From Thermoflexus hugenholtzii JAD2 (GTDB lineage: Bacteria; Chloroflexota; Limnocylindria; Limnocylindrales; Limnocylindraceae), in the NCBI GenBank assembly GCA_945862225.1, contig CAMAXG010000002.1, positions 1 to 46,422 on the forward strand: a DNA stretch of 46,422 nucleotides, read 5' to 3'. This document shows, in pieces, positions 25,759 to 34,217 of this stretch. Below the pieces are notes generated by a model that made no database searches, had not been told where the DNA came from, and saw only the letters and a list, made by a program, of their open reading frames with translations. A program made the position numbers and the translations under genes. How positions within the stretch are numbered: the first letter of the stretch is position 1; every line of letters begins with the position of its first letter.

Positions 25759-27798
25759 TTATGCCTGAGATGCGGCGAGTGCCACCTGTCGCAAGGTCTC
25801 AAACGATGAGGTGCCCGTGTCTGCGATCCGTTCCCAGGCCCCGCCTGGCTTCAGCTCCCAGGCGTTGGATGTGTCGGCGAGGAGCGCGGCGAGGATCTCG
25901 TCAACCTTGCGGCGCACCTCACGATCTTCAAATGGGAAGAGCACCTCAACGCGCCGGTCAAGGTTGCGCTCCATCAGGTCGGCACTTCCGGCGTAGATCT
26001 CCGTCCCCTCTGGGCCCGCGAAGCGATAGATGCGGCTGTGCTCGAGATAGTCACCGATCACCGAGCGAATCCGCAGGCGTGTGCCATGGCGCGCCGGATT
26101 CGGCAGAAGGCCGCACATGCCACGCACGATGAGGTCAATGGAGACACCCGCCTCGGCGGCACGGTCGAGGGTCGCAATCATCTCGGGATCAATCAACGCG
26201 TTCACCTTGATGGTGATGGAGGTCTCCGCGCCGCCGCGTGCCTGCTCGGCGAGGTGATCAATGCGCCGTTTGATCTCGCTGCGTAGGTGGTCCGGAGCTA
26301 CGAGGATGCGCTGGTACGACGAGGTACGCGCGGCACCAGTCAGGAAGTTGAAGAGGACCCCCACGTCGGCGCCGATCACCTCGTTCGTGGTGAAGAGGCC
26401 GATGTCGGTGTAGCCACGCGCGGTCTTCGGGTTGTAGTTCCCCGTGGAGAGGTGCACATAGCGGTGGATCGAGGAACCTTCTCGTCGCGCGATCAGTGTC
26501 GCCTTGCAATGCGTTTTCAGGCCCATGACGCCGTAGACCACGTGTGCGCCCGCCTCTTCGAGTCGTCGTGCCCACTCGATGTTGGCAGCCTCGTCAAAGC
26601 GGGCCTTCAGCTCAACGAGGACAACCACCTCTTTCCCTGCCTGGACGGCGCGGATCAGGTGCGCAGGAATGCTTGAGGTTGCCCCCGTGCGGTAGAGCGT
26701 GGAGCGGATAGAGAGGACCTCAGGATCATCAGCGGCCTGGGCGAAGAACTGGTCGACGCTCGCCTCGAAACTCTCGTATGGGTGGTGCACCAGCAGATCG
26801 CCCTCCGCGATCACCTTGAAGATGTCGCCGTTCGGCGACGCGGCTGACTTAGCCTCAGTGATGCGCGCTGGCGTGACCGGTTGCCATCGCGGAGCACGCA
26901 GATCAGGGCGAGGGAGGCTTGCAACTTGCAGTGCGACGGAGAGGTCGAGCGTCCCCTCAGCAACCTGCACCTCGTTCTGGCTAATCTCGAGTCCCACCAA
27001 GAGCATCTCAAGCAGTGCGCTTGGCATCTCGGTGCCAACCTCTAGTCGCACCACGCTGCCGAATCGGCGTTGGCGAAGCCCCTCTTCGATTGCTTCCAGA
27101 AGGTCGTCCGCTTCGTCTTCAGTGGTGTCGAGGTCGGCGTCACGCGTCACTCGGAAGAGGTGCGCGTCAACGATCTCTGTGCCAGGGAAGAGGAGGTCAA
27201 GATGAGCCAAGATCAGCTCTTCCATTAAGATCCAGTCACCGTTGCCGAATTGCACGATTCTGCCAAGGATTGTTGGCACCTTTACGCGCGCCAGTGATAT
27301 CTCTTCGCCGCCATGTGCGCGGAGCCGTATCGCGAGCGAGAGGCTGAGTGAGCTAATCAGCGGAAATGGGTGGCCCGGGTCAACTGCGAGAGGGGTGAGC
27401 ACGGGGAAGATCTCTCGCGTGAATCGCTCCGTGAGGATTGACTGCTCGGCGGCATCGAGGTCGGACCACCTTCGCAGCGGCAACCCCGCACTCCGAAGTT
27501 CTTCGATCAGCGTGCCCCAACTCTCCTGTGCCGATTCGGTTAGGAGGTCGGTCGCTTCGCGAATCAGGGCAAGCTGCACGTCGGGAGTGCGGCCGTCAGG
27601 TCCAGGCGTTCGCACGCCTGCGACCTGCTGGTCCTGAATGCCGGCAACGCGCACCCCATAGAACTCATCAATGTTTGATGCGACGATGCCGAGAAAGCGG
27701 AAGCGATCGAGTAGGGGGCGCTTGCTGTTCGACGCTTCCGTCAAAACGCGAGCGTTGAAGGCGAGGAGTGAGAGTTCGCGACTGACGCCAAGCGTCAT
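25759..27798 (-). CDS. ppk1: polyphosphate kinase 1
   Basis: 679 aa with the typical PPK1 N-terminus (RELSLLAFNARVLTEA...PLLDRFRFLGIVASNIDEFYGVRV), the catalytic His region (GLKTHCKATLIARRE) and two PLD-like C-terminal domains. Confidence 0.95.
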   Translation of the reverse strand: MTLGVSRELSLLAFNARVLTEASNSKRPLLDRFRFLGIVASNIDEFYGVRVAGIQDQQVAGVRTPGPDGRTPDVQLALIREATDLLTESAQESWGTLIEELRSAGLPLRRWSDLDAAEQSILTERFTREIFPVLTPLAVDPGHPFPLISSLSLSLAIRLRAHGGEEISLARVKVPTILGRIVQFGNGDWILMEELILAHLDLLFPGTEIVDAHLFRVTRDADLDTTEDEADDLLEAIEEGLRQRRFGSVVRLEVGTEMPSALLEMLLVGLEISQNEVQVAEGTLDLSVALQVASLPRPDLRAPRWQPVTPARITEAKSAASPNGDIFKVIAEGDLLVHHPYESFEASVDQFFAQAADDPEVLSIRSTLYRTGATSSIPAHLIRAVQAGKEVVVLVELKARFDEAANIEWARRLEEAGAHVVYGVMGLKTHCKATLIARREGSSIHRYVHLSTGNYNPKTARGYTDIGLFTTNEVIGADVGVLFNFLTGAARTSSYQRILVAPDHLRSEIKRRIDHLAEQARGGAETSITIKVNALIDPEMIATLDRAAEAGVSIDLIVRGMCGLLPNPARHGTRLRIRSVIGDYLEHSRIYRFAGPEGTEIYAGSADLMERNLDRRVEVLFPFEDREVRRKVDEILAALLADTSNAWELKPGGAWERIADTGTSSFETLRQVALAASQA

Positions 27799-28136
27799 CG
27801 CGGGGTGCTCATACAGCTGGCGCAGGAGCAGCGCTGGCGCAGCAGCGACCAGGTGAAGTAGCCGGTGCGATGGCCATCGCCCCAGAAGAGACAGAGCGCA
27901 TAGCTGCCAACCATTTCGCCGCCCTCAAGCTTCGTCTGGCTTGGGCTAAGGGTCGGATTGGCGTCGAGCCAGCCGGGGAGGCCAGCCTCGCCGCGGCAGT
28001 AGGCACAGGGGCAGAGCCATCGCAGCGGAATCGCCTCATAGGTGCTCACATGCCCATCGTGCCAATCCAGCTCAAGGCGTTGCTGCTCACGAAGGATACG
28101 AATGGCGACGGGGGCTCCCTGTGCAGGTTCTTGCAT
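27795..28136 (-). CDS. DUF971-family protein (gamma-butyrobetaine hydroxylase N-terminal-like domain)
   Basis: 113 aa with LELDWHDGHVSTYEAIPLRWLCPCAYCRGE and FWGDGHRTGYFTW, as in DUF971. The stop overlaps the ppk1 ATG (ATGA). TAGAAT lies 7 nt upstream of its ATG. Confidence 0.7.
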   Translation of the reverse strand: MQEPAQGAPVAIRILREQQRLELDWHDGHVSTYEAIPLRWLCPCAYCRGEAGLPGWLDANPTLSPSQTKLEGGEMVGSYALCLFWGDGHRTGYFTWSLLRQRCSCASCMSTPR

Positions 28137-28143
28137 GGAGTGA

Positions 28144-28149
28144 TTCTAG
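28144..28149 (-). promoter_or_regulatory. TAGAAT -10 box, leaderless geometry for the DUF971-ppk1-CYTH operon
   Basis: The reverse strand reads TAGAAT, then 7 nt, then ATG 28136. Confidence 0.45.
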
Positions 28150-28207
28150 GGTTCGCAGGTAAACGCCAGATGAGCGGCTACGATGATGCAAATCAGTGGG
28201 GGTATCA

Positions 28208-29353
28208 ATGCCAGAAACGCGCACGAGCAACCGTCGGTCGCCCCGCACGAGCCGAGCGTGGCTGGCTGGAGTCGCCCGCCTCCTGGCCTCGGCGACGCTG
28301 CTCCTCGTGCTCCTCGTGGCCCCAAGCCCATGGACGCTCCCAACCGACACGAGCGCGCCCGTACTCCTGCGCGCTGTTCTCGTCTCCCAGCCGCTTCCAG
28401 GCGAAGGGGGATCCTCCGGTAGCGCGACCGTCGAACTGCTTGAAGGCCCACGGCTTGGAGAGCGCCTGACCGCTTCAGTGGATCAGGCGAGCGACATTGC
28501 TGGCTCGATTCCATACAACAAGGGGGACGAGGTCCTCCTCGCGGAGGTCACCGACGCCAGCGGGGGAGCGGTCTTTGCCGTTACGGATCGTTCCAGAGGA
28601 GGGGCACTCCTCATCGCCCTTGCACTCTTTGCGATTGCGGTCGTAGCAATTGCGGGGGCGGTCGGCGCACGCGCACTTCTTGCGCTCACCGTTACCGGCG
28701 TCGTACTGGTGCGGTTCGGGATTCCCGCGCTCCTCTCCGGGGCATCACCCCTGGTCGTCGCTGGGGCGATTGCCCTGGTCGTCGGAGTCTCGTCCGTCGT
28801 GATTACGGAAGGGCTCAATCGCCGTGCAACTGCAACGATCTTGGGAATCGGGGGGAGCCTCATCGCCGTCGCGCTGATCTCCATTCTCCTTGATCGTCTC
28901 CTCGCCTTCACACCATTTGCTGGAGATTCGGACCTTGTCAACCTCATTCCGATCCTGGGTGGCAACGTCGACCTTCGCGGTATTGGTTTGGCCGCGGCAA
29001 TGATCGGCACGCTTGGTATCGTGGACGATGTAGCTGCCACGCAGGTTGCGGCGGTTGAGCAGATTCGCCGAGCGGATGTGCGGGCCGGCACGCTCGATGT
29101 TGGCAGCCGAGCGCTGGCCATTGGGCGCTCTCATGTTGGAGCGGTGATCAACACGTTGCCGCTCGCCTATTTCGCAGCATCACTCCCACTGGTGGTCGCC
29201 GCCCTGATCGCACCTGGCGGCATCGCAAGCCGCCTCAGCACGGAAACCGTTGCGGTTGAAGTGGTTCGGGCGCTTGCTGGCACTGCCGGTGTGCTCTTGG
29301 CAATGCCACTCGCAACTGCGAGCGCACTCCTGATTGGCGTAGGCGAGGAGTAG
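28208..29353 (+). CDS. YibE/F-like polytopic membrane protein
   Basis: N-terminal TM segment, an extracytoplasmic region of about 90 aa, then about 7 TM segments. The pattern resembles the YibE/F family. ATG 28208 follows a GGGGG SD; the alternative is GTG 28196. The family call is from memory and is tentative. Confidence 0.5.
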   Translation: MPETRTSNRRSPRTSRAWLAGVARLLASATLLLVLLVAPSPWTLPTDTSAPVLLRAVLVSQPLPGEGGSSGSATVELLEGPRLGERLTASVDQASDIAGSIPYNKGDEVLLAEVTDASGGAVFAVTDRSRGGALLIALALFAIAVVAIAGAVGARALLALTVTGVVLVRFGIPALLSGASPLVVAGAIALVVGVSSVVITEGLNRRATATILGIGGSLIAVALISILLDRLLAFTPFAGDSDLVNLIPILGGNVDLRGIGLAAAMIGTLGIVDDVAATQVAAVEQIRRADVRAGTLDVGSRALAIGRSHVGAVINTLPLAYFAASLPLVVAALIAPGGIASRLSTETVAVEVVRALAGTAGVLLAMPLATASALLIGVGEE

Positions 29354-30064
29354 CTAGCTCGCCCCTAGTCGGTAGCCGACCCCGCGAACCGATTCGGGGA
29401 GTGGGCCACCAGCCTCTTCCAGCTTGCTGCGTAGGCGCGCGACGTGCGGCTTCAGGAGGAGCGGATCAGGGGTGGCCTTGTTCGGCCAAGCGGCCGCGAG
29501 GAGTCGCTGCTGCGTCACAACGCGGCCTTTCACGGAGGCGAGAGCCTCCAAGATGTTGAACTCCGTCTTGGTGAGGGCGAGGAGATGCGCGCCCACGTGG
29601 ACCTCGTGTCGACTGATGTCGATGCGTAGACCTGCAGCACCAGTGATGGTGCGGTCGCGGGCGGAACCATCGGCCGGTTCACCACCGCGGCGCAGCGCGG
29701 CGCGTACCCGGGCGAGGAGCTCTTGGCGACCGAATGGTTTCGTAACGTAGTCATCGGCACCAGCATCGAGGGCATCAACCTTCGCCGCCTCATCCGCTTC
29801 GCCCGTCAGCACGATGATTGGCGTAGCGCTGCGGGTACGAATCTCATGAATGACGTTGAGCCCGTCGCGACCAGGCATGGCGAGGTCAAGAAGGACGAGG
29901 GCCGGCTTCTTGGCATCGAAAGCCTCGACCGCCTCAACGCCGTTGTAGGCGACATGAACCTTGTAGTCGCCAGCTGTTAAGAGGGCCGAGATCGCGCCAA
30001 CGAGCGCTGGGTCGTCATCGACGACCAAGATCTCAAGGGGCGTAGTTGCCGCTGCAGTGCTCAT
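29354..30064 (-). CDS. OmpR-family response regulator (KdpE-like)
   Basis: 236 aa with a receiver domain (ILVVDDD, LVLLDLAMPG, LTGE) and a winged helix (LTKTEFNILEALASVKGRVVTQQRLL..., VRGVGY). The ATG overlaps the kinase TGA (ATGA). Confidence 0.9.
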   Translation of the reverse strand: MSTAAATTPLEILVVDDDPALVGAISALLTAGDYKVHVAYNGVEAVEAFDAKKPALVLLDLAMPGRDGLNVIHEIRTRSATPIIVLTGEADEAAKVDALDAGADDYVTKPFGRQELLARVRAALRRGGEPADGSARDRTITGAAGLRIDISRHEVHVGAHLLALTKTEFNILEALASVKGRVVTQQRLLAAAWPNKATPDPLLLKPHVARLRSKLEEAGGPLPESVRGVGYRLGAS

Positions 30065-30801
30065 AGTGCAAGTATGCCGTGCGCTTCGGTGGCGAGCGGC
30101 AGCGTCAGAAGGAATCGGCTTCCACCGAATCCGTTCGGCTCAATCTTGATCTCGCCACCCATCGCCCCCATGAGGCGCCGCGCCGCATAGAGGCCGATCC
30201 CTGAGCCGCTTGTGGAAGGGCGCTGCGTGCGGCGAACGAAGGCCTCAAAGATCTCCTCCCAATCTTCGCGGGGGATCCCTACCCCGTCGTCAGTCAGATA
30301 GAGCTCGGCTCGGCCATCGCGCACCCAGCAGCCAATCGAGATCGGTTCACCCACGGGCGCGTACTTCGCCTCATTCTCAAGGAGGTGGCCAAGCACCTGG
30401 CGGAATCGACTCTCATCGGCAAGCACGATGATCGCCGACTCTGGCTCTTCCCAGCGAAGGGAGTGATTGCGCAGGAGTGGCGCCATCTCCCGAATCACCG
30501 CACCGGTGATCTCGCCGAGGTTCATCGGCGCACGCTCGAGTGGAAGGCTTGAGCCTGGTCGGGCTGCGGTGAGGATGGAATCTATCTGTAAGTTCAGTCG
30601 GCCGACCTGCTGCATGGCCGCTTCGCGCCAGGTGGCGAGGTCGGCCGGCTTTGCAGGAGAGGCCCCAGATGCTGCGTCCGACAGCAGTTCAACGTAAGCG
30701 CTCAGTACGGCGAGGGGCGTGCGCAGCTCGTGTGTGACGAGTGAGAGGAGTTCGGCGCGAGCGGTGTCGATGAGCGCGATCTCATCTTCGCTGCGCGACA
30801 C
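30061..30801 (-). CDS. cytoplasmic histidine kinase core (DHp + CA only, no sensor domain)
   Basis: 246 aa with the H-box THELRTPL at residue 24 and N box LLENEAKYAP, G1 DDGVGIP, F FEAFVR, G2 GSGIGLYAARRL. There is no hydrophobic segment. The GTG start directly abuts the trxB TAA. Confidence 0.85.
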   Translation of the reverse strand: MSRSEDEIALIDTARAELLSLVTHELRTPLAVLSAYVELLSDAASGASPAKPADLATWREAAMQQVGRLNLQIDSILTAARPGSSLPLERAPMNLGEITGAVIREMAPLLRNHSLRWEEPESAIIVLADESRFRQVLGHLLENEAKYAPVGEPISIGCWVRDGRAELYLTDDGVGIPREDWEEIFEAFVRRTQRPSTSGSGIGLYAARRLMGAMGGEIKIEPNGFGGSRFLLTLPLATEAHGILAL

Positions 30802-31851
30802 TTACGACCTCGAGGCGTCGCGCTCCGCGAGCCATCGCTCCGCGTCAAGAGCGGCGCGACAGCCATCACCTGCGGCGGTGACCGCCTGACGGTAGCGGTG
30901 GTCATGCACGTCACCAGCAATGAAGACACCGTCGATCTGGGAGGCGGAGGTTTCGCTCTCAAGCTGGAGGTAGCCCGCCGCATCAACGGGGAGTGCGCCG
31001 CCGAGCATTGCTGTATTCGGCTTGTAGCCGATCGCAACGAAGAGCCCACCCGCGGCGAGACGCTCTGGGGCGCTCGTTGCGCCAGGAGTGGTGTCGCGCA
31101 GCATGACCGCCTCGGTGCTCTTCTCTCCGAGCACCTCCACCACTTCGCGGTTCATGTGCAGCTCGATGTTCGCGTGTGCTTCGACGCGCGAGATCATGAT
31201 CTTGCTGGCGCGGAAGGTTTCGCGGCGATGCACAAGGTGCACCTTGGTAGCGAAGCGCGTCAGGAAGAGCGCCTCTTCAAGGGCGGTATCGCCGCCGCCA
31301 ACGACGACGACCTCTTGACCCTTAAAGAAGAAGCCATCGCAGGTTGCACAGGCGCTGACGCCGCGTCCACGGAGTCGGGTCTCAGACTCAAGCCCAAGCC
31401 AGAGCGCCGATGCACCGGTTGCGATGATGAGGGCTTCGGCGCGGAACTCGCGACCAGCACTCCACACTCGGTGAGGCTGTGCACTCAAGTCAACGCGGTC
31501 GACATCTTGGTCCACCATGACCGAGCCGAAGCGCTCCGCCTGTGCGCGCATCTTTGCCATCAGCTCGGGGCCATCGATCCCTTCAGGAAATCCTGGGAAG
31601 TTTTCGACCTCGCTGGTCAGCATCAGCTGTCCGCCAGGGGCGTAGCCACCGATCACGATAGGGGCGAGGGCGGCGCGAGCGGCATAGATCGCCGCGGTCA
31701 AGCCCGCAGGCCCAGAGCCGAGAATCAACAACCTTGTCTCCGTTGGGGCGGCGGCTGTGGTGCTGGTGGCAACGGCAGGTTCGGTAGCTGGCGCAGCTGC
31801 GCCGAAGTCAATCGTCAGCCCGAATCCCTTGGGGGTCTCTGCGTTGGTCAT
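30802..31851 (-). CDS. trxB: thioredoxin-disulfide reductase with N-terminal low-complexity extension
   Basis: GSGPAG FAD motif, CATC redox-active disulfide and a GGGDTA NADPH motif. About 35 Ala/Thr/Pro-rich residues precede the fold. TAGAAT lies 6 nt upstream of the ATG. Confidence 0.9.
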   Translation of the reverse strand: MTNAETPKGFGLTIDFGAAAPATEPAVATSTTAAAPTETRLLILGSGPAGLTAAIYAARAALAPIVIGGYAPGGQLMLTSEVENFPGFPEGIDGPELMAKMRAQAERFGSVMVDQDVDRVDLSAQPHRVWSAGREFRAEALIIATGASALWLGLESETRLRGRGVSACATCDGFFFKGQEVVVVGGGDTALEEALFLTRFATKVHLVHRRETFRASKIMISRVEAHANIELHMNREVVEVLGEKSTEAVMLRDTTPGATSAPERLAAGGLFVAIGYKPNTAMLGGALPVDAAGYLQLESETSASQIDGVFIAGDVHDHRYRQAVTAAGDGCRAALDAERWLAERDASRS

Positions 31852-31857
31852 GCTGCG

Positions 31858-31863
31858 ATTCTA
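31858..31863 (-). promoter_or_regulatory. TAGAAT -10 box, leaderless geometry for trxB
   Basis: The reverse strand reads TAGAAT, then 6 nt, then ATG 31851. This supports the long TrxB N-terminus. Confidence 0.45.
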
Positions 31864-31890
31864 CGCCCCCCGCAGATTTGGGCTGGCTGA

Positions 31891-33273
31891 TTACCGGAAG
31901 AGGTCCCAATCGGGAGGCATCAGGCTCGACCGGGCGCTCCCGTCCTCTGCGACTTGAGGGTGTGCGCCGCGGATGAGGGCGAGGGGACGACGGGCGGTCT
32001 TGCCGAGGGCGAGTTCGGCGGTGGCGGCAATCTGGTCAGCGACGGCGCGCACCGTCGCAGCCATTGTCCGCCCATCGGCATCGGGCTTGCCGCGCAGATC
32101 TTCCAGCGCCGCAATTCCAGCCACACCGATCGCCACGTCAGTGATGCCAAGGCGCCACGGGCGACCGAAGGAGTCGGTGATGATGACTCCGGGCGCGATG
32201 CCAGTGCGCAGGCGGATCGCCTCGCGAATCGCGCGCGCCGAGCCATCGGGATCGCGCGGCAGGAGTGTCACCACCTCGCCGCTGCGCGGACCAACGTTGC
32301 TGGCGTCAACGCCAGAGTTTGCGAGAACAAATCCGTGTGCGGTCTCGGTGATGATCACGCCGCGATCCATGCGTACAACACGTACGGCCTCTTGTAGCAC
32401 CACTTCAACCTGGCGCGCGTCGCGACCCCACTTCGTTGCGTACTCCACCGCCTCTGGTCGTGGCGTGATGGTGGTTAGCTCAACGATGGCCCCTTCCGCC
32501 TTTGAGACGATCTTCTGCGTCACGGCGATCACATCATCGCTGCGTAGACCGCCGATCGCACTCGTGGCTGCGATTGTCGCCACACAGCTGGCGATCATGG
32601 CTGGCAGGTCGTCGCCCGGTTGGATCTCACCAAGTCCGTCAACGGGGAGTGCGAGCAGGCCCGCTGTTGGCGTTGGCGTGGCTACAGCCCGCTCACGCTC
32701 CATGGCGGCCTTCAGGTCGTTGGGCGTATCGAGGTCGGCGGCGAGCGGTGAGTCGAGCGCCTCGACGTGGGCACCGTCACGGCTCAGCTCGGTACGGTGC
32801 GCCGCTGCACTGTTCGCTCCGAACTGCGGCGTAAAGTCGTGTGGGAGGGATACCAAGAGCGCCGAGGTGCCGCCATCTGGCGATGCAAGGAGGCCCGGCT
32901 GCGAACCCGACCAACCGTTCACAAGCGCATCAATGTTTGCTGCGGAGATTTCGGCAAGATCCACGGGCAGAACTAGCACCGCAGATGCTCCACCAGCCGT
33001 GGCGTGGCGTACGCCGAGTGTAATCGCCGCATTCAGTTCAACGCCACCATCATCGAGCGCCTCATGTCCGCCGCTGCGCGCGAGGGCGCGGCCGAGCGGA
33101 TCTGGCGAGACCAGGATCACGTTGCTGACGCTGTTGGCGCGACCGAGCGCCAAGAGGGTGCGTTCAAGGAGACGTGCTGAGAACTCTCGACGCTCCTCTT
33201 CGCTGAGGAGTGGCGCCATGCGCGACTTCGCCGAGTCGATTGACCTGAAGGGGAGGATTGCGGTGACGGTCAC
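31891..33273 (-). CDS. cofC/cofE: fusion protein: 2-phospho-L-lactate/PEP guanylyltransferase (CofC/FbiD) + F420-0:gamma-glutamyl ligase (CofE)
   Basis: The N-terminal ~205 aa are CofC-like (AILPFRSIDSAKSRM..., LVLPVDLAEI). The C-terminal ~255 aa are CofE-like (VTQKIVSKAEG, HGFVLANSGVDASN, DSFGRPWRLGITDVAIG). The GTG start overlaps the cofD TGA. Confidence 0.8.
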   Translation of the reverse strand: MTVTAILPFRSIDSAKSRMAPLLSEEERREFSARLLERTLLALGRANSVSNVILVSPDPLGRALARSGGHEALDDGGVELNAAITLGVRHATAGGASAVLVLPVDLAEISAANIDALVNGWSGSQPGLLASPDGGTSALLVSLPHDFTPQFGANSAAAHRTELSRDGAHVEALDSPLAADLDTPNDLKAAMERERAVATPTPTAGLLALPVDGLGEIQPGDDLPAMIASCVATIAATSAIGGLRSDDVIAVTQKIVSKAEGAIVELTTITPRPEAVEYATKWGRDARQVEVVLQEAVRVVRMDRGVIITETAHGFVLANSGVDASNVGPRSGEVVTLLPRDPDGSARAIREAIRLRTGIAPGVIITDSFGRPWRLGITDVAIGVAGIAALEDLRGKPDADGRTMAATVRAVADQIAATAELALGKTARRPLALIRGAHPQVAEDGSARSSLMPPDWDLFR

Positions 33274-34217
33274 GAGACGGCGAGAACAGCGCGCGCCACG
33301 GCGAGGCGCGCAGCATCATCACCCATAACGATCGGCGCAGCCACGCTCTTGCGAACATGTGGCGCGATTGCAGCGGCAAGCGCAGAGGTGAGGTCCGACG
33401 TTTCAACAAGGAACGCATCCATCAGCCCGGTCAGGTGCTTGGCAACACCCGCTGGCGAGACGTCGAGCTCTGCCGCGGCGAGCATGCGGTCAGCCGGCCC
33501 CTTCAGGGCCTTCCCGCCAACAATCGGCGAGACCCCCACGACCTTCGCGCCGCGTGCCCGTGCTGCCGCGATCGCCTCGCGGATGCCAGGGATAGCGAGA
33601 ATTGGAGCGATGGAGATCAGCGGATTTGACGGCGCAATCACGATGCGCTCTGCGACGGCGAGGGCATCGAGCGTTTCGGCGGTCGGGCGCGCCGCGTCGG
33701 CGCCGTCGAAGGCCACCTCAAGCACCTCAGGCTTCGCTTGTGCGCCAACGAACCACGGCTGGAACTCCATCCAGCCATCTGGAGTGCGTAGGCGCGTGCG
33801 AAGTGGATCGTCGGTCGCCATCAGGATCGGCGCTTCACTGAGGCCGAGCTTGCGCTGGATCTCGCGATTCACCTCGGTGAGCCGCCCGCCAGCGCGCAGT
33901 TGCGCCGTGCGATGAATGTGCAGTGCAAGGTCGCGATCGCCGAGCCGGAACCAGTCGGGTGCGCCGATCTTGCCGAACTGCTCGAGGGCGTTCCAGGTTT
34001 CTCCCGCGAGACCCCAGCCGCGCTCGCGGTCTCCAAGATCAGCGAGGGTATAGAGCAGGGTGTCGTGGTCTGGGCAGATGGTGAGACCGTGCAACTCAAA
34101 ATCGTCGCCTGGGTTCGCGATGATCGAGAGGTCACCAGCCGGGAGTGCGGCACGCAAGCCGTGGGCGAGTTTCGCTCCGCCGACACCGCCGGCAAGGAGA
34201 GCGACGCGTGGACTCAC
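33270..34217 (-). CDS. cofD: 2-phospho-L-lactate transferase (CofD/FbiA)
   Basis: VALLAGGVGGAKLAHGL N-terminal motif with CofD-like sequence throughout. I prefer GTG 34217, which gives a GTGA overlap with the upstream stop. The ORF-track start 34262 would overlap the fgd-like gene by 49 nt. Confidence 0.85.
   Translation of the reverse strand: MSPRVALLAGGVGGAKLAHGLRAALPAGDLSIIANPGDDFELHGLTICPDHDTLLYTLADLGDRERGWGLAGETWNALEQFGKIGAPDWFRLGDRDLALHIHRTAQLRAGGRLTEVNREIQRKLGLSEAPILMATDDPLRTRLRTPDGWMEFQPWFVGAQAKPEVLEVAFDGADAARPTAETLDALAVAERIVIAPSNPLISIAPILAIPGIREAIAAARARGAKVVGVSPIVGGKALKGPADRMLAAAELDVSPAGVAKHLTGLMDAFLVETSDLTSALAAAIAPHVRKSVAAPIVMGDDAARLAVARAVLAVS

Noticed and set aside
25752-25802. 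A longer start (25802) for the CYTH gene, overlapping the ppk1 3' end by 44 nt.
   Set aside because: The CYTH ExExK signature is normally at the extreme N-terminus and is produced by ATG 25751. The 17 extra residues (MRPCDRWHSPHLRHNLA) look non-native.
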